Positions 23,081 to 35,604 of a stretch of DNA of 64,000 nucleotides are shown piece after piece (within the stretch, counting starts at the first letter, position 1; each line of letters begins with the position of its first letter). Below the pieces are notes generated by a model that was given only the letters and a program-made list of their open reading frames with translations, made no database searches and was not told the DNA's origin. Position numbers and translations under genes: made by a program. Origin of the DNA: Mobula hypostoma (taxonomy: Eukaryota). Where the stretch lies: NCBI RefSeq assembly GCF_963921235.1, contig NC_086097.1, forward strand, positions 8,432,001-8,496,000. Direction: 5' to 3'.

Positions 23081-24559
23081 AATTATGAAAAAAAAACAAA
23101 GATGCTGAAAAATCTAAGACAAAATCAAGCAAAAATGCTGCAGACACTCAGTAGGTTACGTAGCAATAGTGATTGAATGACATGTTAACTGTTTCTCTCT
23201 CCGCAGTTGCTGCCTGAGTTTCTGTGTATCTCCAGCATTTTTTGTTTTACTTGCAATTGGTAACTCTATTCTAAGAACAGTACCCATCACAGGTAAATAG
23301 TATGGTTGGGGTAAGCTATCTGATTTCAGGACTATCATGCAATCACCAGTGCCCTAATTAAACACACACACGATATTTCAAGAACAGCTTCTTCCCCTTC
23401 ATCATTAGATTTCTGAATACACAATGGATGCGCTACCTCACTTTTTTCTTTAATTTTCTTACTTTATGCACAACTTATTTAATATAATTTATTTTTACAT
23501 ACATTTCTCACTGTAATTTACATGTCTTATAATATGTATTGCAATGTACTTCTACTGCAAAACAGTGAATTTCATGATCTATGCCAGTGTTAATAAATCT
23601 GAAGAGTTTTTTTGAGCCACAATCCATCAGAGTTAAAATTATAAGTGCTGTAACACTGTGGATTGAGGAGAGGATCATCGGATTTAAATCAGGATATTGA
23701 AAAGCTGCAGAACTTCAAGGGGTGCATTTTAACTATTATCCTCAAGCATGCCTGAAACAACTTTGTGTTAATAAAGCGCCTTCAATACAGTAAATCATTC
23801 TAAGAATCAAGCAACAGCATCAACCACAGAGAAGGTATTAAGGCAATTTCCAGAAAGCTTGGTTGACGCACAGCAAGCTATTGTAGGAGCATCAACAGAG
23901 TGATACTTCTAGTCACGCTTCATTTCATGACCGTTCAATCAGTTACTCTCCCACTTTGAGTGGAGAGTTTTAAGTGCCTAGTAGAGATGAAACTGGGGCT
24001 GGGTGCCCATCTGATTAAAATCTGGAGGATCAGACTTTGCTGTCCAGTGAGATCTGTCTACAACAAATTGTGTGTAGGTAAAGAAGTGAAACTATCATTG
24101 CAAAAACTTCAATAGCAAAGGTATTTTCTCTTAATATCAAAGCAAGAAATGAGAGGCAGCCATTCAACGCTGCTCCTATAATTCCTTGTGGCAACTTTCA
24201 AATCATTTTGATATGTAACATTGTGTAGTGGAATTCTAGGAATGAAGTTTCCAAGAAGCAAGCTGTCAATCCCTGCATCCCAGTTGCCTGTACATCAGTA
24301 GGCTTTAAGCAGCTCAGTGTTACAATATTCCCATGCTGTGAATAGGGAAAATGGGTCAAGTGACTTGTACAGCAAATTGACTTAATCTCATTTTGCTGGG
24401 ACCTCGTTTTGACATCTGACAGAAAGAAAGATGATTGCTGCATATTACTGGATTAGTATTCCAGAGAATTGGACAGTCTGGAACTGTGAAATCAAACACT
24501 GTATTTAGCTAATAATTGTATCTAGCTAATTATGTAAATCAGGAATAAAATATTTTTTC

Positions 24560-24910
24560 ATCTATCCTGTTGAAAGGTCTTGGCCCAAAACTTCAACTAT
24601 TTACTTGTTTCTGTAGATGCTGCCTGGCTTACTGAATTCCTCCAGCATTTTGTGTGTGTTTCATAAACTATTAGTATTAATGGTAAGAATTTGAGATTTA
24701 TTTTAGAAGAGGAAACTGTAATTCAGGGACAGAGCAGCCAGATACAATGGAATCTTGGCACAAGAGCTTATGCAGATGCTGGAAATCGAGAGCAACGCAA
24801 ACAAAATGCTGGAGGAAATCAGCAAGACAAGCAGCATCTGATGAAAATGAATAAACAGTCAAAGTTGCATCAGGCCTGGACAGGAAGGGGGGAAGAAGTT
24901 GGGGGGGGCA
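24560..24910. mobile_element. Two oppositely oriented Penelope-derived terminal repeats
   Basis: Sense copy 24565-24660 with decayed core ctgttga-aaggtcttggccc-aaaac; antisense copy 24760-24905. Confidence 0.7.
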
Positions 24911-24929
24911 ATGAAATCTAATCTTTCAT

Positions 24930-26292
24930 TCAAAGATTCAAAGATTCAAAGAAAGTATACAGTAAATTATACACATTGAAATTTGTCTGCTTACAGGCAG
25001 CCACAAAGCAAGAAATTACAGAGTAACTTCACCTATTACAGTTACAGAGTAAAGTCACCTAAGTTACAGAGAAAGGTTGAACAAGTTGGGTCTTCATTCT
25101 TTGGAGCATAGAAGGCTGAGGGGGGACTTGATAGAGGTATCTAAAATTATGAGGGGGATTGATAGAGTTGATGTGGGTAGGCTTTTTCCATTGATAGTGG
25201 GAGAGATTCAAACAAGAGGACATGAGTTGAGAGTTAAAGGGCAAAAGTTTAGCTGTAACATGAGGGGGAACTTGTTTACTCAGAGAGTGGTAGCTGTGTG
25301 GAACGAGCTTCTGGCAGAAGTGGTTGAGGCAGGTTGGATGTTGTCGTTTAAAGTTAAATTGGATAGATATATGGACAGGAAAGGAATGGAGGGTTATGGG
25401 TTGAGTGCAGGTCAGTGGGACTAGGTGAGAGTAAGAATTCGGCACGGACTAGGAGGGCCGAAATGGCCTATTTCTGTGCTGTAATTGCTATATGGTTATA
25501 TGGTTAAGAAACCCAAATAACTGAATTTTTAAAAAAGACCATAAACCACTGTGCAGAGAAAGAGAAAGAAAAGATACGCATCATGCAAACAACAGAAACA
25601 AGCGAACAGCATCCTGAACCAGCCTGAGTCCCAGACCTGGGACTCCCAGAACAGCCAGAGTAGGGACAAGTCTCAGTCCCCCGTTGTCACACTATTGGAA
25701 CAGAAACGCATAGCAGCTAGATCAGTTCACAGCCTTGGTGCCATGGAAAAAGGAATAAACATTTGCTGGAGAGCAAGCAAAATCAACTCGACCCTCACCT
25801 CCATACCCAACACATGAGCCTTTAGTCTATCTGGACCAATGTTTAAATTGTCCAAGCACTTGGAAAGTGCCATCTACTGGGTCCTGGAAGTCAGTATGAC
25901 GACACACCCGGGCTACAAAGCCCAAAGCTGTTCTCGATCTCACCAAATCGTCTCAGCGCTCGGAGTGATCCAACCTCACACTCGGATTACGTGGACAGGC
26001 ATTTGTGACTCTTCCACATAGACTCACCTTCAAATTACTCACTCCATCTGCGACAGCAATAGGAACTCTGTCTGCGACCCTGGCTAGAACACATTGCACC
26101 CGCGTTGTCCCAGCATAGCTTATCCCCCAAAGCAGCCTTGCCTCCGTCTACTTCCTCACTGTCTGCGGTGATAGTTCGCCACAATTTGCTTCATGCAAGA
26201 TGTTATAAGTAATGTTTTTAGTTGATTCTTTTGTCTTATGATTTACCAGTAAGCTGTCACACAACTTCAGTAGCACCATCTTAAACCAGAAT
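24930..26292 (-). mobile_element. Non-autonomous LINE-tailed element interrupted by a CR1 fragment
   Basis: Minus-strand start ttctggtttaagatggtgct and (tttgaatc)n tail at 24930-24950. Confidence 0.5.
25016..25505 (+). mobile_element. CR1 3' fragment with 6-bp TSD
   Basis: LGLHSLEHRRLRGDLIEVSKIMRGIDRVD...; aagaaa at 25010-25015 and 25506-25511; atggttat tail. Confidence 0.9.
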
Positions 26293-26304
26293 AAGATTTT
26301 GGTA

Positions 26305-26427
26305 ATGCAAACACGAGGAATTCTGCAGATCCTGGAATTTCAAGCAACACACATAAAAGTTGCTGGTGAGCGCAGCAGGCCAGACAGCATCTCTAAGAAG
26401 AGGTACAGTCGACGTTTCGGGCCGAGA
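26305..26427 (-). mobile_element. Penelope-derived terminal repeat with intact 3' half of hammerhead
   Basis: Reverse complement of 26406-26427 is tctcggcccgaaacgtcgactg. Confidence 0.8.
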
Positions 26428-27084
26428 TTGGTTCTATTCTGTTCGTGTGTGACTGAAGCATTGTTTATAAAGTAATCCTGAGTTCATAAGCCATAGTTTG
26501 AAAGCTGACCTTTCATCGAGGATAGGGTGTGATACCATAGTTTATTGTTTCATCCAGGTACAGGCAGAAAAGGATTTGATTTGCAATTTACGCATCACGT
26601 GGTCATATGTCCCATCTATATCTAACGAATATAGTGCATACATTTTTAAAATGATAAACATTTACTTTGAAACATTTTAGAGCTTCAGTGCATTTACATT
26701 GTCAGTGTTTTGAGTTTCAACACTGTTACAAATTATAACAGTAAGCACAAAATGGAAGTCAGTAGCTTATTGGTCATAAACTGCCGGCCCACTGAATGCC
26801 GACACCATCTAGTCAAAACATTTTACTTTTGCCATTTTGCCTGCCAGTTGTTTTGACTGCCTGAGATTGTTTACTTAGTCATAGTCATACTTTATTGATC
26901 CCAAGGGAAACTGGTTTTCGTTACAGTTGGACCAACCAAGAATGTGTTGTGAGTTGTGGTTTGGGTTTGTTTGAAGTGCATATTACAATAAAATAACATT
27001 TTAAGCGCCGCACAGTTTTCAGGCCATGCAAGAATTCCCTGCTGTAAGCAATAGTTGGGTGCACAGTGGTAAAAAAAATAAAGG

Positions 27085-29145
27085 GAATGCTGATCAGGAT
27101 GCTGCCTGGATTAGAGGGAATGTACTGTAATGAGAGACTAGACAAACTTGGGTTGTTTTCTCTGGACCACTTGAGGCTGAAGCGAGACCTGACAGAGCTT
27201 TATAAGATTATGAGAGCCGTGGGAGCAGGTTGTGGATGATTTTAGTGGCAAATAGTGCATATCATAAGTCCTGGTTGTGCAATCACTGACACCAGACAGA
27301 CAATCTCTGAAGAGTGTTGATAATGGCTGGGGTCACCTGTCTTGTAACAACACTGCTCAATTTGCCAAGCACAGCCATGGTCATAGGCCACGATCACCCA
27401 TATCATACGAAAGGGCACATGTTGAAGACATAGAGTAGACAGACAGTATCTTTTTCCTTCAGTTGAAATATCTAATACCAGTAGGCATGCATTTAAGGTG
27501 AGAGGGAGTAGTTTCGAAGCAGATGTGAGGGTTAGGTTTTTTACACAGAGAGTGGTGAGTGCCTGGTGTATGCTGCCTGGGATGGTATAGAGGCAGATAC
27601 TTTAGAGATTTTTAATGGACAATTAGATTGGCACGTGAAACAGAATCAGAATCAGGTTTATTATCACCAGCATGTGCCGTGAAATTTGTTAACTTAGCAG
27701 CAGCAGTTCAATGCAATACATAATCGAACAGAGAGAAAAAAAAAGTAAAACAGAATAATAAATAAACAAGTAAATCAATTACATATTTCGAATAGATTTT
27801 TTGAAATGTGCAAAAACAAAAATACTGCATATTAAAATGTGAGGTAGTGTCCAAAGCTTCAATGTCCATTTAGCAAACGAATGGCAGAGGGGAATTCCGG
27901 AATCACTGAATGTGTGCCTTCAGGCTTCTTAATCTCCTAACTGATGGTAACAGTGAGAAAAGGGCATGCCCTGGGTGCTGGAGGTTCTTAATAATGGACG
28001 CTGCCTTTCTAAGACACCGCTCCCTGAAGATGTCCTGGGTACTTTGTAGGCTAGTACCCAAGATGGAGCTGACTAGATTTACAACCTCCTGCAGCTTCTT
28101 TCGGTCCTGTACAGTAGCCCTTCCATACCAGACAGTGATGCAGCCTGTCAGAATGCTCTCCACTTCACAACTATAGAAGTTTTTGAGAGTATTTGTTGAC
28201 ATGCCAAATCTCTTCAAACTCCTAATAAAGTACAGCTGCTGTCTTGCCTTCTTTATAACTACATCGATATGTTGGGACCAGGTTAGATCCTCAGAGATCT
28301 TGACACCCAAGAACTTGAAGCCGCTCACTCTCTCCACTTCTGATCCCTCTATGAGGATTGATATGTGCTCCTTTGTCTTACCCTTCCTGAAGTCCACAAT
28401 CAGCTCTTTCGTCTTACTGACGTTGAGTGCCAGGTTGTTGCTGCGGTACCACTCCACTAGTTGGCATATCTCACTCCTGTACGCCCTCTCATCACCACCT
28501 GAGATTCTATCAACAATGGTTGTATCGTCAGCAAATTATAGATGGTATTTGAGCTATGCCTAGCCACACAGTCATGTGTATACAGAGAGTAGAGCATTGG
28601 GCTAAGCACACATTCCTGAGGTGCACCAGTGTTAACCGCCAGCGAGGTGGATATGTTATCACCATCTGCACTGACTGTGGTATTCTGGTTAAGAAGTCAA
28701 GGATCCAATTGCAGAGAGAGATACAGAGGCCCAAGTTCTGCAACTTCTCAGGATTGTGGGAATAATGGTATTAAAAACTGAGCTATAGTCGATGAACAGT
28801 ATCCTAACATAGGTGTTTGTGTTGTCCAGGTGGTCTAAAGCTATCTGGAGAGCCATTGAGACTGCATCTGCCATTGACCTATTGTGGCAATAGGCCAACT
28901 GCAATGGGTCCAGGTCCTTGCTGATGCAGGATTTCAGTCTAGTCATAACCAACCTCTCAAAGCATTTCATCACTGTCGATGTGAGTGCTATCAAGCGATA
29001 GTCATTAAGGCAGCCCACATTATTCAATGTGAGAAAATGGAAGGATATGGACATTATGTAGGCATTAGGGATTAGTTTAGTTATTCATTTGATTACTAAT
29101 TTATTTGGCTGGGCCTGTTTCTGTGCTGTACTGTTCTATGTACTC
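27085..29145 (+). mobile_element. Old CR1 3' fragment split by an RTE-SINE (27218-27420) and a Rex-type LINE
   Basis: Collinear CR1 pieces at 27085-27217, 27430-27640 and 29025-29145. Confidence 0.7.
27640..29022 (-). mobile_element. Rex1/Babar-type LINE, RT and 3' UTR, frameshifted
   Basis: [55 protein letters not shown]; (gattct)n tail. Confidence 0.9.
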
Positions 29146-29283
29146 CAAACAAAAGGGGAGGAAGTAATGAATCTTGGTAATCCTGTCTGACATTGCCAAT
29201 TGCCTCTTCAATTTGTAAATTATCTGAATTTCCTTGCACTATGCACACTCATGGTCTTTTAAAAAAATATATATGTATTTAAT

Positions 29284-29357
29284 TACGATACAGTGCAAAA
29301 GTTATATGCACATATGCCGGACAGTAGCTAGGGTGCCTGAGACTTTTACACAATATC
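29284..29357. mobile_element. Tc1/mariner-like mini-MITE palindrome
   Basis: gtgcaaaagt...gcac / gtgcctgagacttttacac; same as unit at 59106-59174. Confidence 0.55.
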
Positions 29358-30039
29358 CAATATCATACATATTTCAGTATTATTAATGCATATTGTATAG
29401 ATGCTTATTGTTAAATATTAAGGCTTTAATTCAATTATGCATCTCCAGTGTCACTGTAAACCAGAACATAGTGATCTTTACCACTATTTCCATAAAGTAG
29501 AAAGGTGATAAGAGGCAATTAAAATCAATATCATACTTGCATTAATGACAGAGTTTATCACCCATACATTACTCTGTGGATTATTGCAACTAGTATAATG
29601 TTTACGATTTAGAAAAAAACAAAATAAGGGAGTTATTAGCTAAAAAATGGGGATGTTGAAACTTTTCTATATAAATAGCTTTGTATTGAAAATGAAAAAC
29701 ATTAATTTGATTAAAATACTAAACGATGTAGTATTTCAACAACCTGACAATTTATTGAATGAGAATGCTTTTCTTCTAGTAAAACATCTGAGGAGAAAGT
29801 TTCACACCTCTTAGCTCATGCTGCCGTGCAAGAAAGCTAAGGTTAGCAATAAGCTCCTTGGGTTCTGAAAGGTGAATTTCCATCACAAAAATCTCCTAGT
29901 TTTATGAAAGTAACCATAAAGTACAAACATAAATAAATTTTGTTGAACCTCTATATATCACCTTGAATCTTGAGAATGGAATCTTGAACTATTTCTTTGC
30001 TGGGCCTTTTGTCAGTGCTAATATCTATATACTTTCCTT

Positions 30040-30720
30040 CAAGTTTCAGTTCAAGCTTATAGTCATCTAACTGTACATATCTTTAATAGGCATCTGTTAG
30101 TCTCATGAGACCATGGATTTGCGACTTGGAAGGTTTCCAGGGCTCAGGCCTGGGCAATATACATATCTACAACCAAACAAAACAATGTTCTTCTGGACCA
30201 TGGTGCACCCACAAAACTTATATCATGCACTGCTCACAAATCAAAATATTACCATAAATAATTTAATAAAATATAATTTAAAATGCATGTGAAGTTTACA
30301 GCACAGGTAAACAGTAAGCAGCTCACTGCCCCAGTGACAAGACCTCGGAGGTAGCAGAGTATTCATTCGTCTCACAGTCTGAGGGAAGAAGCTGTTATCC
30401 AGTCTGGCAGTCCTCGTCCTGATGCTCCTGTATGTCCTTCCTGATGTTGATGGGTCAGAGAGATTGTGGGATGGGTGGTAGGGATCCACAACAATGCCTC
30501 AGGCCTTTTGTATACAATGCTCCTGGTAAGTGTCTCAAATGAGGGGGAGATAGATCCTGGGGATCCTCTCGGTGGTATTTAGTATCGTCTATAGGGTCTT
30601 GCAATCCTTATTTGGACTCAGTACCCCACTCTGTAATTGGATCTTGGACTTCTTGACAGAAAGTCCCCAGTCAGTCTGAGTTGGTCGCAACACCTCAAGC
30701 TCCATCATGCTGAACACTGA
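30040..30720 (-). mobile_element. Rex1/Babar-type LINE fragments
   Basis: DPYHPSHNLSDPSTSGRTYRSIRTRTARLDNSFFPQTVR; adjacent plus-strand RT piece [10 protein letters not shown] at 30630-30720. Confidence 0.7.
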
Positions 30721-30898
30721 GACATTTAGGAGTTAACATGTCTTGGACAACAGCAACACAAAGAGCCTAAAGGCTTTAAATGTGACCTCTTTCTAACTAA
30801 ACTTTGAAATAAAAGGCTGAAGTAAGAATATATTCTTTACTTTTCTATTTCCTTAATTCAGTAATGGAAGACCCATAAAAAGTCTCACTGAATTCAAA

Positions 30899-30901
<3 letters not shown>

Positions 30902-30938
<37 letters not shown>

Positions 30939-30955
30939 CGTGTGTATGTCTGTGT
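30902..30955. repeat. (TG)n microsatellite
   Basis: Direct reading. Confidence 0.95.
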
Positions 30956-31467
30956 CTTATGTCAATTTAATTTGTTAGTCCATCATAATCTAGCCATTCA
31001 GACCAATCTATTATCATCTAAGGAACTTTAAGGAATGTCGGAGATAAGTACATTTGTATTTTACAGAGTGGAGGGTGCTAGAACATCCTGCCAGGGACAT
31101 TTAAGTTACTCTTAGATAGGCACGTGAAAGATGAAAAATGGGCAGCTGAGTGGGACGGAAGGATTAGATTGATCTTAGAGTAAATTAATTCTGCTCCTAA
31201 TTTGGCATAATTCTGTTCCTGTCTTATGGTCTTATAGGCGAATGGGGTTGAAAGGGAAATGGATCAACCATGATGAAATATTAAAACAGACTGATGGGCC
31301 AAATGGCCTAATTCTGCTCTTATGTCTTATAGTCTAAACAGATGGCACAACATTGTGGGCTGAAGGGATGTAGTATTCTATGTCCAATGAATTTCCTGTT
31401 GTACTATATGCACCAATAGCTCTGGGTACCTCTTTAACTGCAGTGAAACCAAAGACTGGGTATAAGA

Positions 31468-31690
31468 TGTCTGTGGAATTCTCTGCCACAGGAAACAGTT
31501 GAGGCCAGTTCATTGGCTATATTTAAGAGGGAGTTAGATATGGCCCTTGTGGATAGAGGGATCAGGGGGTATGGAGGGAAGGCTGGTACAGGGTTCTGAG
31601 TTGGATGATCAGCCATGATCATACTGAATAGCAGTGCAGGCTCGAAGGGCTGAATGGCCTACTCCTGCACCTATTTTCTATGTTTCTATG
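31468..31690 (+). mobile_element. CR1 3' end, same subfamily as 37231-40286
   Basis: Highly similar to 40068-40286 including ttctatgtttctatg tail. Confidence 0.9.
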
Positions 31691-32544
31691 TAAGATCATG
31701 GAAAAAGTGTCAAATTGCTTCAGTTTCTTTTTTAATTATTATGAAGCACAGAGCAGGGAGAGGGGCATTGAGTGCATCACATCCCTATTGGACTTTGGGA
31801 AATACTTGTCAGTACATCCCATTATCGTGATACTCTCCGTCCAGTCACGTTCAACAAACGCTTCCAGTTAATCTAAAGCTTTGAAACAACATATAGGGGA
31901 AAGGAATTCATTGTTTTGATCTTTTCCATCTTGGACAGAAGGAAACAAAACGGGCATTTGAAACATCTGCTGAATTGTTAAAGCAAATTTGTTTCTGGTG
32001 GAGCAGCTGCCTGACTCCTGATATGGACAGCAGTCAGCTGGCCAAACCACCCAGAAGGAATGTATCTAGGACAAGTGGCTCCTTTCATTTGAACACGTGT
32101 GCTTTTGCAGAGGGTCCACGAAATAGTGCAGCAATAGTAGAAATGAAAATTTACAGAGGATATTATTTTTAATTCAAAAGGGAAATTGACCCCCTGTCTT
32201 CGAATCCCTGCCTGCTTCTCTGATGTGCATCTGCAGAATCTCTTGTTTTTTTTCCCTCTGATGGTCAGAATGCATGGGCTAACAGATTACCCTGCCTGAA
32301 GTTAGAAGGTCATGATAATGAGAGGGGGATGATTCATAAGGCAGATTTAGATATTATTGATCCTGAGTCTTACCAAAAATATTTAGGAGCTAGGATTGAA
32401 CTACAACCTAGAATTGGAGTTTTCAGTGAGAGCTCTGTTGGAAAATTGACAGAATGGTCACCTGGTTTAGCCAAGTCCTCACTGAGGTGTGGATAATCCC
32501 ATGCACTATCACAACACACAGGGACCTGGGCTAAATTATGAACA

Positions 32545-32910
32545 CCAGGAAGACTGTGGATGCTAGAATTCCAGAGCAACACACACAAAATTCTGGAGGG
32601 ACTCAGCAAGTCAGGCAGCACCTATGTAAATGAATACACAGATAGGAGAGGAGAATGGACCATCGGAGAAAGGGATAGAGGAGGGAACTCTAGGGGAAGT
32701 AGTAGGCAGGAGAGAAGAAGTAAAAAGGTCACAGTGGGGAATATTGGAGGGGGAAGGTGGAATTTGTTTACAAAAATGAGAAATCGATGTTTATGCCATC
32801 AGGTTAAAGGCTACCCAGATGGAACATAAGATGTTGCTTCTCCACCCTGAGGGTGGACTAATATCGGCACGTCAGGAGCACATGGACCGACATGTCAGAA
32901 CAGGAAAGGG
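32545..32910 (-). mobile_element. Penelope-like element 3' fragment
   Basis: Homologous to 20985-21430 (GIY-YIG C-terminus at 32775-32905) plus terminal repeat; hammerhead region deleted. Confidence 0.75.
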
Positions 32911-34028
32911 GCTACATTAGTTTTTTTTGTGACTATATGTTTACCGATATTGTAATTATATGTGGTATATTTGCTGTGTCCTGTGTATTACTGTTGGTAC
33001 TGTGTTTTGTATCTTGACCCTGGAGTAACACTATTCATAGGTATTTATGTATAGTTGAATGACAATTAAACTTGTACTTGATTGAAACCCACATAATAAG
33101 CATAGATTCCTAAGGTTTTATGATGATTGAGTTATTTTATACCTTGAATTTAAACAAGCTTTATTTTCACAGTGAATTGGAATTATTGGTAGCCAATATC
33201 AGCAAGGTACTACGTGCATGGGGCGAGCCGGTGAGCCCTTCTCTTGAACGCATCAGGAAATGGTCCATGGCCTATTTGTGTTCCTGTTCACAACAGGAAA
33301 CCATAAAGTCACAAAATTAATATTAAATAAAGCTCACCACCCTTTCTTTTTCTTCTTCTAACGATCAATTGGTTCAGCGAAAGATGAATACAGTGTTAAA
33401 GAGCCTGCTGCTTAGCTTTCCCTTACACAAACATAAAAAGAAAGAGCAAACCTGAATTAGCACAATGCCTTTCAAAACCTCAGGGTGTCATGGGCCATTT
33501 TTCAGCCAACGAGATGCTTTTGAAGTTTAGATGTGAAAGGCAGCAGTTAACTTGTGCTCAGCAAGTCCACAGCGTGATTATGATTAAGTAATCTATTTTA
33601 CTGACAATAGTCGATCAATACACACAGTGAGTGCAGCCAGCTAGTAGATTGCAGGATGCAGTACCACATGCTGAGGCTAAACGCATTGTAGGCAAGAAGC
33701 ATTGTCTAAGGTCCTGCCATCACTGGACAGTGAAACATCGGGTTCTGCAGCAAAAACCTGTCAAACCTTTCGGTTCGGCTCGCTGCTCCATGACGTTTAC
33801 TCGGCCTCGTGCTGAACTGAGGCTGTGGCTTTGTGACAGTAGGTGAACTCTCCTTCCTGAGTGCCGGTTCTTAATGCAAATGTGCTTGCTTTTATTGTTT
33901 GCACAGTTTGTGTATTTTTTATTTCTCTGCACATAGGGTGTTTGACTGTTTTTTTTTATGGATCTTTTGGGTTTCTGTGTTTTGTGGCTGCCTGTAAGGA
34001 GACAAATCTCAAGGTTGCATAATGTATA

Positions 34029-34636
34029 TGTACGGGGTCTTTCTTTTGTTACATTTAAAATGGCGACTTTGTTATGTTAATCTGGGGAATGCGGCTTTGT
34101 TGTGCTTTAACGCTGAAGAGAGTTTGCGCTAACAGTTTGTTTTACTTTAAAATGAGATAACAGGGTTCTATTAGCCAATGGGTGGTTATGTATCGTTTTG
34201 TTTTCGGATACCATGCTGTATGATATGACTGTGGACTGAGTTTTGGCGGGGAGTCGGAGGAGAGACGAGGAAGACCGCGGACGTGTGGAGAGGCTCCGGT
34301 CGATCACTCAGGGTGGTCCCGAGCCATGAGTCGACGGAATTCAGGTGGTCGTCTGAAGTCAAATTGAGCTCCAACGTAGCGCGCGAAGAACTTGGACTTT
34401 GATAAGTGTTGGCGCCTTTTGTTTCCATTACTTTCCTCTCTGTATCAAATGTATATTAATGTCATAGAATTAGTAATATCTATAAAGTGTATTTGTTGAA
34501 ATTTACTGGGTGTGCTGGCTGATGATTGATGTTTGTGATTGATTCGGGCGGCGACCGACCCTGTGGGGAGTGTTGAGGCAGGTGCTGGGCTGGATTTCCC
34601 CTAGACATACACGAGCCAATATAACGGAACGTTACA
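34029..34636 (+). mobile_element. Solo LTR (608 bp), Gypsy-like, inserted in a SINE-like tail
   Basis: tgtacg...cgttaca termini; flanks tata/gata (4-bp TSD, one mismatch); host tail rejoins as aatgtata-catgctttgataataaa; shares tgagctccaac and ccctagacata blocks with the LTR at 17893. Confidence 0.8.
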
Positions 34637-34829
34637 GATACATGCTTTGATAATAAATGTGCTTTGAATTTTGAACTTCGTTAAATAGGAAACATGAGTA
34701 GTTGCTTGGTAAGAGACAGCACAATGAAGGTAAAAAATGGCAAGTATTGATTATATTATATTTTCATTATATACTCCTTATATTTTGGAAATAAAGATAA
34801 TCAAAACATACTCGCCAGATTACCATCTG

Positions 34830-35258
34830 TACAGTATCGGAAAATGCTGCAGAAATTTGTAAGTTCAGCCAGCTCCGTCATGGACATTAGCCTCCCCTAT
34901 ATGGAAAACATCTTCAAAAGGTGATGCCACAAAGAGGCAGCGTCCATCATTAAGGACCCACATCACCCAGGAGATGCTCTCTTCTTATTACTGTCATCAA
35001 GGAGGAGATACAGGATCCTAAAGACACACACTCAATAATCTGGAAGCAGCTCCTTACCCTCTGACATCAGATTTCTGAATGGATAACAAACTCATGTACA
35101 CTACCTCACTATTTTTAAAAAATATTTTTCCTATTTTTTTGCACTACAAAAGTTAATTTTATTTTTAGTATTTTTATTACTATATATTGTAATGTACTGC
35201 TGCCGCAAAACAACAAATTTTGAGATATATGCCAATGATATTAAACCTGATTCTGATT
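34830..35258 (+). mobile_element. Rex1/Babar-type LINE 3' fragment
   Basis: AASIIKDPHHPGDALFLLLSSRRRYR coding remnant and aaacctgattctgatt tail. Confidence 0.75.
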
Positions 35259-35483
35259 GACAAGAAAGAACCTAAATGTTCTTTTGCAAGACATTTCTAT
35301 GCTTTTTTATGCCTACCTGTTTGAGTATTTGGTTGGCAGAATGGAGATATACCTCTACGCAAGGAAGTGTAAGGCTCTACTTCCCTCTGCTCGCCTGCAG
35401 GTCACCTCTGGGCAAGATGTAGCACTTGTTTAGCTTCCTCCCAATCAAGGTCATGTGAAGCCATGGGGGCAGGTGCTGGATGG

Positions 35484-35571
35484 TCCTGTCCTACTCCGAA
35501 CTCCAGATCCATCCTGCCCTGCTCCAAACTCCGGATACATCCTGTCCTGCTCCAAACTCCGGATACATCCT
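35484..35571. repeat. 28-bp minisatellite, 3 units
   Basis: tcctgtcctgctccaaactccggataca-type units at 35484, 35512 and 35540. Confidence 0.9.
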
Positions 35572-35604
35572 CACCTGGTTCAGCCAGCCACACACCTCAT
35601 CCAC

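Noticed and set aside
35484..35571. CRISPR-like 28-bp repeats
   Set aside because: Units are contiguous with no spacers, there are no cas genes, and the context is eukaryotic.
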